From Octopus sinensis (lineage: Eukaryota): a stretch of DNA of 64,000 nt. Below are positions 53,481 to 64,000 of the stretch, in pieces; the first letter of the stretch is position 1; every line of letters begins with the position of its first letter. The notes beneath the pieces were generated by a model, which made no database searches, was not told where the DNA came from, and saw only the letters and a program-made list of their open reading frames with translations. The position numbers and the translations under genes are program-made. The stretch is taken from the NCBI RefSeq assembly GCF_006345805.1, contig NC_043002.1, positions 14,384,001-14,448,000 of the forward strand. Direction: 5' to 3'.

Positions 53481-53761
53481 ACACGTACATATATGTATGC
53501 CTGTGTATAAGCTTCTGCGGGTCTGTTCATGATTGTAAATATGATAGGCAGGGAAGGAAAGTATATACCATTCTTAATGTGACATAATTTGAATTGGAAT
53601 ATATTGTGATGTTGCATCTTTAGGTGTTGATAGTATGTGATAATTCGAACATGCGTTAAGATACATACAACCTTTCATAAATACAAAAATGTACACAAAT
53701 AGATATATATATATATATGTAAAACACACGCATATGTATATATATACATGCATATATGTAT

Positions 53762-53810
<49 letters not shown>

Positions 53811-54023
53811 GTGAAATAGAAAGATGAATAATCTTGTAGTGGATTAATCAAAAGTTTAACCGATACCTTAGTAGCAAAAATCACAGCAGTGAACAGCACG
53901 GTTGGAGGTACAACCATCTGGCGTTGCAACCGTGCGTTGGTGCGGATAATTGAAATTAAAACATTATTGGTGAATTGAAGAAATGGAGCTGAACGCAGAT
54001 TGAACAGAAATCGTTTTATTTCA

Positions 54024-54102
54024 TTCTACACGTGTTTCGAAAGGCACACATTACCAAAATCCGATTGAATAATGGGACCATATTGTGTCTTTCTCTTCAG
54101 GA
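54024..54102 (-). ncRNA. Type I hammerhead ribozyme, intact core, palindromic stem III
   Basis: CTGAAGA GAAAG..CTTTC GAA ACACGTGT A gaa; predicted cleavage 54027/54026. Confidence 0.78.
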
Positions 54103-54114
54103 TTTCCTTTTTTC

Positions 54115-54194
54115 TTCCTGAAGAGAAAGACACAATATGGTCCCATTATTCAATCGGATTTTGGTAATTTGTGCCTTTCGAAACACGTGTAGAA
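54115..54194 (+). ncRNA. Type I hammerhead ribozyme, intact core, palindromic stem III
   Basis: ttc CTGAAGA(54118-24) GAAAG..CTTTC GAA ACACGTGT A(54191) gaa. Confidence 0.8.
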
Positions 54195-54289
54195 TGAAAT
54201 AAAACGATTTCTGTTCAATCTGCGTTCAGCTCCATTTCTTCAATTCACCAATAATGTTTTATATATATAATATATATAATATATATTAT

Positions 54290-54323
<34 letters not shown>

Positions 54324-54546
54324 ACTTATATTTAATGCCTTATTATATAAGATCATTGACTGTCTATTCAATATATGAAATGGACAAAATGAGATGAATA
54401 TTCATTTTATATAAGAACATATATATTGACATATATCTATATTTCTCTATCTCTCTCTCTTTCTATCTGTCCATACATACATATGTGTGTATCTATCTAT
54501 CCATCTATCTATCTATTTATCTATCTATCTATCTCAATATATATAC

Positions 54547-54581
<35 letters not shown>

Positions 54582-54586
54582 TATAG

Positions 54587-54652
<66 letters not shown>

Positions 54653-54757
54653 TAGATATATACATATATATATATATACGTAGATACATACATACATATA
54701 CGTACATATATTTTTATATATGTGATTTTTGTGTTTATATACATGTATATTTATACG

Positions 54758-54984
54758 TATCGCAAGTTTGGCAAAGATCATGAAGCGATAAGACAGAATA
54801 ATTAATGTCCTAACACGAACAATCTTCGCACCGTCATCAGCTTCTGATTCAATTCCCATTTCACATGATAAATGTATTTTAATGTTTATCTCTACAGACG
54901 CGACATGTTTTGTAGAATATTTATGTGAGACTTGCACAAAAGTATTTCTCTTCCACAGAAGCACACAAGCACATAAACAATATT
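54758..54984. repeat. ~220-bp dispersed repeat, copy 1 (copy 2 at 61432-61645)
   Basis: Near-identical tatcgca.gttt...cacagaa; flanks diverge. Confidence 0.85.
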
Positions 54985-55151
54985 ATATATCATACAAATG
55001 TCCCTTTCTCGTTTTTCTGAATACTTTCCCCCATATGGTCTGTGTAGCTTCTTTAAAACTAAATCCTAACGACAATCAGTCAATACTTTGGCATATCAGA
55101 GAACTGTACATATAAAACATTATGACGCATTCATTGTATATGCATGGTGGC

Positions 55152-55216
<65 letters not shown>

Positions 55217-55290
55217 TACATATATATATATATATACACTCAGACATATATATATACATATATAATATAAAGATATAACATATATAATTG

Positions 55291-55341
<51 letters not shown>

Positions 55342-55370
55342 GTGTATACGTATATGTATATTTATATATA

Positions 55371-55763
55371 TCAAACTGAAGTTGTGTGGTGTCTGTCTCC
55401 TACGATTTAGATTCCTAACTACTCCCACATTTTGCGGTGCAGTTTAACCAAAAGCAGGTATCTTATAGTCGTGATTCATATCGAGCCCTTCTGGGTATTA
55501 GCGCGCGTCTACTATGAGTCTACGATTTCAAAAAAAATTACCATCATTTTTTATCCATTTTTAATGCATTTTTTTGCTATTATATAACGGAAGTAACTCT
55601 CTAAAAATGTCTACGATGAGTCTACGATTAAAATAAAAATTACCATCATTTTTTTCCCATTTTTAATGCATTTTTTGCTACTATAGAAGGGAAGTAACTC
55701 TCTAAAAATGCTTATATAGTTATATCCCTTACAAACCCGAGCAAGGGCGGGCGATACCGCTAG
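55371..55763 (+). mobile_element. Non-autonomous Helitron with a 102-bp internal tandem duplication
   Basis: 5' TC after A; 3' cccgagcaagggcggg hairpin, then CTAG before T; units at 55507 and 55609. Confidence 0.8.
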
Positions 55764-55781
55764 TATATATATGTATGTATG

Positions 55782-55841
<60 letters not shown>

Positions 55842-55849
55842 TTAGTTAA

Positions 55850-56185
55850 ATTAGATATGTTTCGACTAAAGTTTCATCCCAGCCGTTTTAACTTAAAGGC
55901 ACCACCCGATTGAATTTGGTAAATCATTTTAAAGTCGAGTAGGGAGCTCTTGTTGAGTGAGTTGTATCCAGGTATAGGTGGTTTATCTCGTATTCCTTGA
56001 AGAAAATTGTCCAGCTTCCGTTTGAAGGTGATGGGATCCTTTCCCTGTTTCATCTGCTTTGGGACAGCGCTAAATAGGCTACGGCCTGTTCAGGAAAAGA
56101 AATTGTGTGTAGGTGTATTTATGAGTTTTGATCATGAAGTTGGTTGGGGAGTATGGACCGTAGTCCTGGCTATGGACCTATGCGT
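55850..56185 (-). mobile_element. CR1-type LINE 3' fragment
   Basis: GRSLFSAVPK..FKRKLDNFLQGIRDKPPIPGY. Confidence 0.7.
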
Positions 56186-56219
56186 GTATATCTATATGTA
56201 TATATGTATGCATGTGTAG

Positions 56220-56263
<44 letters not shown>

Positions 56264-56290
56264 ATGTATTTATATATTTATATGTATGCA

Positions 56291-56332
<42 letters not shown>

Positions 56333-56385
56333 TGTGTGTATATATATACATATATATATCTATATTTATATACATACACACACCA

Positions 56386-56442
<57 letters not shown>

Positions 56443-56533
56443 GTATGTGTGTGTGTATGTATATAAATGTATAGATATATATGTATATACATACACACAC
56501 GCATATATATAATATATATATATACACACACGC

Positions 56534-56607
<74 letters not shown>

Positions 56608-56620
56608 TATATTTATATAT

Positions 56621-57225
56621 ATGCATGTATGCCGCCTGGATTACTGCTCACAGCTATGGTCACCCTCCAGTGTGAAATTAAGAGCGGACCTTGAAGCAAT
56701 CCAGAGAAGATTCACAAAGAAGATCGTCTCTTTCCAACAGCTCAGCTACTGGGAAAGGTTGAAACAGCTTAGATTCTACTCCCTGGAGAGAAGACGGGAG
56801 AGGTATGCAGTAATATATATCTGGAAGATCCTGGAAGGATTTGTGCGAAATTTTGGCATTGTAAGCTACACCAATGCTAAAACGGGACGACACTGCATAG
56901 TGCCAAAGATCCCAGCAATGCCATCACGCTTCAGGAGCAGCTACTGCAACAGCCTGGGTTTCAAGTGCCCACAGCTTTTTAATATTCTCCCAAAAAGTCT
57001 GAGGAACTTGCACAAAGTAGATGTAGCGGTTTTTAAATCAAAGCTGGACATCTTACTGTCGAGAGTCCAGATGGACCTACCTCACGGTAGAGGGTAGCTA
57101 TATCAAACTCCATTCTTCACCAAGTGCCACATATTAGAGGAGGCTCTCAGTAATAACAGTGTAACACAAAACGGCGGTGCATCAGCATGGCCACAGCTCT
57201 GAGCTGAAACAAACAAGAAAAAAGT
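56621..57225 (+). mobile_element. CR1-clade LINE, 5'-truncated (C-terminal ~155 codons and 3' UTR)
   Basis: [46 protein letters not shown]; tail ggcggtgcatcagcatggccacagctctgagctgaaac. Confidence 0.9.
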
Positions 57226-57279
57226 AATGTATGTATATGTATATATAGTAAGTCTATGGGCGAGGTATAAACTGTAACT

Positions 57280-57400
57280 GCACGACATCGTGAAATATAT
57301 TTGCCACTTAAATATGGCTAACACTTGAGGGTAGATGCCAGGAAGGCATCTCCTCCAGCTGGCTATTGGCACACTATCTGTGCCCTGTCAGTATATATGC
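57280..57400 (+). mobile_element. Partial family C element
   Basis: atcgtga..tatatttgcca..aggaaggcatctcctccagctggcta..tctgtgccc. Confidence 0.6.
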
Positions 57401-57580
57401 ATCCATATATATTTAAAACTAATATAAATGTATGAGGGATGTAGCACTTAACATATTTGCTTCGAATTATATGTTTAAATATCTGTTCGTTTCAGGTCCA
57501 CATAACTAAAACCTTAGTTGGGTCTTAAGTTAAATTCAGTTCCTGAAATGTGGCAGAATGGAGGTTTTGAAATATATATA

Positions 57581-57785
57581 CATCGTGACGTATATTTGCC
57601 ATTTAAATATAGCTAACCCCTAAGGGTGGATGCTATTGTAGTTTGTAGCCCCAGGAGGACACCTTCTCCAGCTGGCTATAGACACACTTTCTGTGCCCTA
57701 TCAGTATTTGCAGAGGGAAGCCATCCTTCCCGTTTTCAACTTATGATACACACGGACTCGAGTTTCTTTGTATTGACCGTCATCG

Positions 57786-57788
<3 letters not shown>
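57581..57788 (+). mobile_element. Family C mini-element (~205 bp, ~10-bp TIR atcg(a)tgacg) in (TA)n; homologous to the termini of the 33062-35370 element
   Basis: Shares ccccaggagg..ccagctggcta..ttctgtg..agtatttgc and tgatacacacggactcgag with 35160-35370. Confidence 0.7.
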
Positions 57789-57844
<56 letters not shown>

Positions 57845-58059
57845 TATATATATATACACATATATATATATATATATATATATATGTATACACACACGCA
57901 CACACACACACAACACACACATATATATATATATATATAATAATATATATATATATATATAAGTGCATGATTGCATGCGTTCGTGTGTGCAATGCATATG
58001 TCCGCGTGTGTTGAAAGATGGGAATGTATAGTACATATAAATATATAAATATATTCCCT

Positions 58060-58236
58060 ATGTTTCCTAGCCTTATGGCCGTGGCCATACTGACAGAACG
58101 ATTACATTTTCAATGGCCATTTCTATGTCGGAAATGAGGTTGATTTATATTAATGAGTTCGTTTGAAGTTCTTGCCATGATGCAGGTGTATCTGGTATCT
58201 TGGTCAGAAGCGGTTTAACTTACCGCTAGGAAACAT
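58060..58236. mobile_element. Possible small MITE with 12-bp TIR
   Basis: atgtttcctagc / gctaggaaacat. Confidence 0.35.
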
Positions 58237-59039
58237 CTTTTCTCACGTCATATAGATTTCTTACGGTTTTTAGCAATGTATTAAATTGCCGTATGCCCGC
58301 AAACACCTAGGTGCCCCAGCACCTGGTCCTCTCTCTAGATGTTATGTATTAGTGTTACTATAAAACATTTGTACTATATGCGTGTACCTCCGTGCGCGGT
58401 GTTTTTATATAAGCAGATACAAACATGATTTTCATTGATGCTTGTAGTATCATAACGTCACTGCTGTAAGAATTCTGCAGTGTAAACAATCGATTCAAAA
58501 GTGTCCTAAGATCATTGAATTGCATAGTAACTTCATAATTAATAGTATATTATACATCGTCTTCATGTCTATTTGAATAATTATCCTGATGTATTCCTTT
58601 ATAATGATATCTGCTTTAATATTACACTCTTTCAATCTAGCATATTACGGAATATTATTTTTCTTTTTTTTTTCATTATTTTTTATCTATTTTCCCATTT
58701 ATCTTAATTATGAAAATGTATATTTTAAACCATTCCTTGTCTTTTATTTTTCTTATGGCTACTGCTACAGTTATGAATACCTTATACATACGTACAAACA
58801 CACATATTCATATATAATACAAAATATCGACTTGTATTATTTCTTATAACTCGCTTTGGTTAGGCCTTTAAAATTACCTACACAAAGACATATTCTCACG
58901 TGCACACGCACGCACACACACATATATATACACATATGCATACACATTGTGTTTAATGTAGCATGCCATCAGTTATTCTCATTTAATGGTTATGTAATAT
59001 TTGATGCAGATTGGATGGTAAGAAGAGAATACGATAGTA

Positions 59040-59560
59040 ATGAAATTACTCCATTTCTCTGAAACATGCGACAACAGCCAATTTGACGTCATGCTTCCAG
59101 TCTTCTTCCTTTAACAGGCATCTAGTCAACCAAGCTTCAGAATATGTTACGAATTCATAACAAGTAAACGTTGTGAAGTCATGGAATGATGTTGGACCTG
59201 GAATAGTTTTTGGAGCTGTCTAAGCATTAAATAATCTATTAAAATAGCTCATTAAATTTTCATTACATTAAATAAGTTCCTACCCGGCATTAATAATACA
59301 GGAGATAGGACATAAAGTTTTCTTTAATTGCTTTGCACTTAAATTTCTCTTTATTAACATCACATAATGTTTCCTTCAAATGTTCTTCCAGTATTTGTAA
59401 CAATATCGGGATTCAAATCTTTTGAAGCATGCAATTAATAAAACCAGATATAAAAATTTCCCATTGAAAAGCTATCTTCAAAATTTTGTACAGGATTTCT
59501 AGTACTTTGGAAAACGGACAATAAGTGCTTTTATATTTGCTCATATGTCTGAAATATTAT
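59040..59560 (-). pseudogene. Helitron Rep-helicase relic
   Basis: YLMLRQLQK/TIPGPTSFHDFTTF..TYSEAWLTRCLLKEEDWK resembles the Helitron YLRLLL..VxGPTSFxDLRT..TFxEAC..GLLxDDxEW segment. Confidence 0.55.
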
Positions 59561-59940
59561 CTCTGAATCATAAAGTTAGTTTTCATAAAATTTGAAATAT
59601 ATTTAAACATATTTACAGCGGGACACATAAATTGTTATTCAGAAATACAGCGCGCAGGAACTGAGAATAGCGAACATTAAAATGAAACAACGAACAAGTG
59701 TATAAATTTCTATCACCCATGGTTGTAGTAATAATTTATCACGCTTTGGAACATATGATATGAAACTACGGAATTATAATAACGATAGCGTTATAAGGGT
59801 TCTCCCATTTATGCGTAGCTGTCTGTCCGTGTGTCGCTTCAATCATTACTTCCTCCAGTCTCTCTCACTGAACAGAAATATATATGCAGGCACACACAAA
59901 TACATACAAACGCACACACACACACACACACACACACATA

Positions 59941-59975
<35 letters not shown>

Positions 59976-60130
59976 TTGATAATTTCAGGGTAGTAAAGAT
60001 TTTAGAAATTTTACTACCAGTGGCCTAGCGTATAAAGAATTTATCCCTAATTAGGGGTTTGGACTTCAGGTGTTCCTTCTAGAGTAAGGGATTCCTATGA
60101 GGGGAACCTCGTAATGTGTTTAAACGTACA

Positions 60131-60175
<45 letters not shown>

Positions 60176-60187
60176 AATATATATATT

Positions 60188-60238
<51 letters not shown>

Positions 60239-60242
60239 TATA

Positions 60243-60495
60243 TAAAGTTAATCCAAACAAAAGAAAACAGAAAAAAACAGAAAAAAACACAGCAACGCCA
60301 GGACGTGGAACAATTAAAGTATTATTTGACGCTCAGGAAAGAAGGGAAGGAGGGTTTAACGTTTCGAGCGGAGCTCTTCGTCGGAAACAAGGAGAAGGAA
60401 AGATCCCGAGAAGGGAAGAGAGAGGAACAAAATATTTTTGCTGGTGGTGCTCAAGAGATCACATGTTGAAAGAACAAAAGTTGAGAGGTAGAAAA
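60243..60495 (-). mobile_element. PLE-like element with hammerhead-like motif 60354-60388 (core CCGACGA)
   Basis: GTTT CCGACGA A GAGC tcc GCTC GAA ACGT T AAAC; 3' end abuts (TA)n. Confidence 0.75.
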
Positions 60496-61227
60496 TGTTT
60501 CCGGGTGTATGAGAGGGACGTTAGTGATAAAAAGATTGATTAAGGGCGCAGATTTTGACATGACAATCAAGCAATATTTATTCTTTTACTTAACTGTCAA
60601 ATGTCCTCGGGACAGGAAGGAACATTATTCAGGGTATCATATGAACTTCACTGCGAAATTTGAGAAAAACTCGTAATTGCTAATATATATAAATACAAGA
60701 AAGACAGACACAGAAACACACACACATGCAATAGGCGCGCGTGCACACACAAACACACACACACACACAAACACACACAAACACACACACACACACACAA
60801 ACACACACAAACACACACAAAGGTATACATGCATATTACAATATATACACACGTTAATACATATATGTATGAACATCCACACGTATGCGTGTATAAATTT
60901 ATGCCTGTATATATGTGTGTATAATATGCATACGTTTAAATAGATATGTGTGTGCACATCTACATACGAATATAATTTACCCAACCATCCAAATAGACTG
61001 CGCAGAGCAATACTAAGAATGTATTAACTCTAAATTTGTACAAGTACATTCGCAGACATATACATACATACATATATTCATATATATATATATATATAAG
61101 TGTGTGTTCGTGTGTGTGTATGTATGCATGTATGCGTTATGTAAGAAACGTACGTATACATATAAGAATGTATAGGTATATATGTATATATACATATATT
61201 CTTTTGCTGTCTTACCATTTTTATCAA

Positions 61228-61262
<35 letters not shown>

Positions 61263-61377
61263 GTATGTGTGTGTGCGTGTGTATATATATATATATAATA
61301 TATTCATATATATATATATATATATATATAAAGACATACATACATACATACATACATACATACCATACATACATACA

Positions 61378-61413
<36 letters not shown>

Positions 61414-61431
61414 TATATATCTATATATATA

Positions 61432-61645
61432 TATCGCACGTTTGACAAAGATCATGAAGCGATAAGACAGAATAATTAATGTCCTAACACGAACAGTCTT
61501 CGCACCGTCATCAGCTTCTGATTCAATTCCCATTTCACATGATAAATGTATTTTAATGCTTATCTCTATAGGCGCGACATGTAGAATATTTATGTGAGAC
61601 TTGCACAAAAGTATTTCTCTTCCACAGAAATACACAAACAATATT
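61432..61645. repeat. ~220-bp dispersed repeat, copy 2
   Basis: See 54758. Confidence 0.85.
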
Positions 61646-62394
61646 GTATATTGTAAATACTTATTTTATTCTCATTTTCATTGTTTTTCGCTGTCTTTTC
61701 CTGTGGTTTTGACAACAATCATAGACTACTGCACACATAAACGTATATATTGAATCACACGTGCTTACATCCGCACACAATACAACCTCATATACAGACA
61801 CACGTACACACACACATTAAGTTGCTTAAGTGACACATATATAATACATTCACAAATACATCCAATCAAATAACGTAAGCATGAAACATACAGAGACACA
61901 CAACTTTACTCTCAAACACATTCGTGTCAATATACATGCTTATATATATATATATAATATATTCGTATACATACACACATACATACATATACATACATAC
62001 ATATATATATATATATGCATGTATTTATATATATATATATATTGATAAAAATGGTAAGACAGCAAAAGAATATATGTATATATATATATGTATATATATG
62101 TATATTTATATGTATATTTATATAGGTATGTATATGTTTATATATGTATGTATATGTATATATATGTTTATGTATGTATATATGTATTTATATATATATA
62201 CATTCACGCATATTTATACATATATGTGGGAGTGTTTGTGTGTGCATTTGCATATGTATATGTATATACATGTATGTATGTATATATGTATATATATATC
62301 TATGTATGCATATGTATATTTATACGTATATATTCTTGTCCAAAAACCTGTCGTCGTCTTTTGTCTGTAAATTTCAACTATATGTGTGTATGTA

Positions 62395-62555
62395 TAGGCG
62401 CAAGAGTGACTGTGTGGTAAGAAGCTTGCTTACCAATCACTTCGTTCCGGGTTCAGTCCCACTGCGCGGCACATTTGGCTGGTGTCTTTTACTATAGCCC
62501 CAGGCCGACCAAGGACTTCTAAGTGGATTTGGTACATAGAAACTAAAAGAAGCCC

Positions 62556-62592
<37 letters not shown>

Positions 62593-63375
62593 TTATAAAA
62601 TAGAGAAATTGTACAAGATTTATAAATGGACGATAAGCAAAGCACCGGCACAGATTAGATTACCTCTTGTTATCCGTAGACTGATTGCACGAACTTCGTT
62701 GTGGCGGTTGGGGTAACAGTATTAATTAGATAGGTGGAAGGAGAAATGATTTTATTGGGAACGACAAATGTTTTAATCCGTGCTGGGTTTCTTCGGCTAC
62801 TTCAATAAACATTTTTACGACATATTTTGTGATTCGGTTTTATGTACCGCTACATATATATACATCAACTTCGTACCCAATAAAACCTTCCATCTATCTT
62901 ATGAATACTATGCATTTATATATAAATAGATATGTATATCTGTAAATGTGTGTCCGTGTTTGCCACTCTACCATCGCTTGACAACCCATGATAGTGTGTT
63001 TTCGTCACTGTAACGTAGTGGTTCAGGAAAAGAGACTGATAGAATAAGTACTAGGCAGCGAGCTTGCAGAATCGTTAGCACGCCGGGCGAAATGCTTAGC
63101 GTTATTTCGTCTGCCGCTACATTCTGGGTTCAAATCCCGCCGAGGTCGACTTTGCCTTTCATGCTTTCGGGGTCGATTAAATAAGAACCAGTTACGCACT
63201 GAGGTCGATATAATCGACTTAATCCATTTGCCTGTCCTTGTTTGTCCCCTTTATGTCTAGCCCCTTGTGCGCAGTATAGAAATAAGAATAAGTACTAGGC
63301 TTACAAAGAATAGTCTTGGTGTCGATTTGTTCAGCATGTCAGCAGAAAAAGAACCGAAACCAGTGAAAGAATGAA
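62395..63375 (+). mobile_element. SINE A interrupted by an ~350-bp insert in its microsatellite and by a SINE B
   Basis: 5' half 62395-62560; 3' half 62950-63056 and 63285-63375. Confidence 0.78.
63054..63284 (+). mobile_element. SINE B nested in SINE A
   Basis: TSD agaataagtactaggc (63041-63056, 63285-63300). Confidence 0.9.
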
Positions 63376-63384
63376 TGAATAAAA

Positions 63385-63482
<98 letters not shown>

Positions 63483-64000
63483 TGAGAGAGAGAGAGAGAG
63501 ATGAGAGAGAGAGAGAGGAGAGAGAGAGAAAGAGAGATGTCCACTTATGCATAGATGTGACGAGTAATATTCTAGCACAATTTAGTTTTAACTTTGAAAA
63601 GTTTGCAAAGTAAATATATTCTTAATCGTATGTGGACTGTAAAATTATTTAATATATAAAATTTTTCAGTCCATGAAATTCAAATATTTTGCAACGTTAT
63701 GAAGATCCGATTTGATAAATATACTATCTTGATGAAATATATTTCTTATTGTGTTCTTTGTTACTGTAAATACTTAATAAAAGAAACGAGATTTCGCAAC
63801 CTATTAGAATAGTGCTATAAATATAAAATATTGCATCGATACGCAATAACAGCTTATGTACTTTTTCAATATTTGCATAGATATGCAAGAACCATATCAT
63901 GTGTGAACAAAATATACACAGAAACACACTAACACAATGAAAAACACACACCGCATGTATTTATAGGATACATATACTATACATACAAAATGTATACTAT

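Larger units (their letters stand above)
53810..54261. mobile_element. PLE-like element in (TA)n ending in a 146-bp inverted duplication
   Basis: Arms 53957-54102 and 54116-54261, 1 mismatch, 13-nt spacer. Confidence 0.85.

Overview
Eukaryotic, very AT-rich, microsatellite-saturated DNA. No host protein-coding exon could be confidently recognised, so this is a large intron or intergenic desert. The repeat repertoire (tRNA-derived SINEs, R4/Dong, CR1, RTE, Tc1, Helitron and Chapaev-like relics) resembles a coleoid cephalopod such as Octopus; this is inference. Almost all ORFs in the supplied track are microsatellite artefacts, and the real coding signal is decayed transposon ORFs. Highlights: (1) a set of short, (TA)n-embedded, Penelope-type non-autonomous elements carrying at least 9 type I hammerhead ribozyme motifs, including canonical ones, a G3-C8 core-swapped variant, and a 146-bp near-perfect palindrome with back-to-back hammerheads on both strands; (2) a 2.3-kb element with ~155-bp inverted termini that encodes only an L1/Tx1-type ORF1 (gag-like) protein; (3) SINE concatemers flanked by a single TSD whose units break at the same hairpin loop; (4) two SINE-LINE 3'-tail partnerships visible inside the window; (5) a co-oriented cluster of (TAA)n-targeting Dong/R4 elements, one with a 5' inversion. 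All alignments and folds were done by eye.
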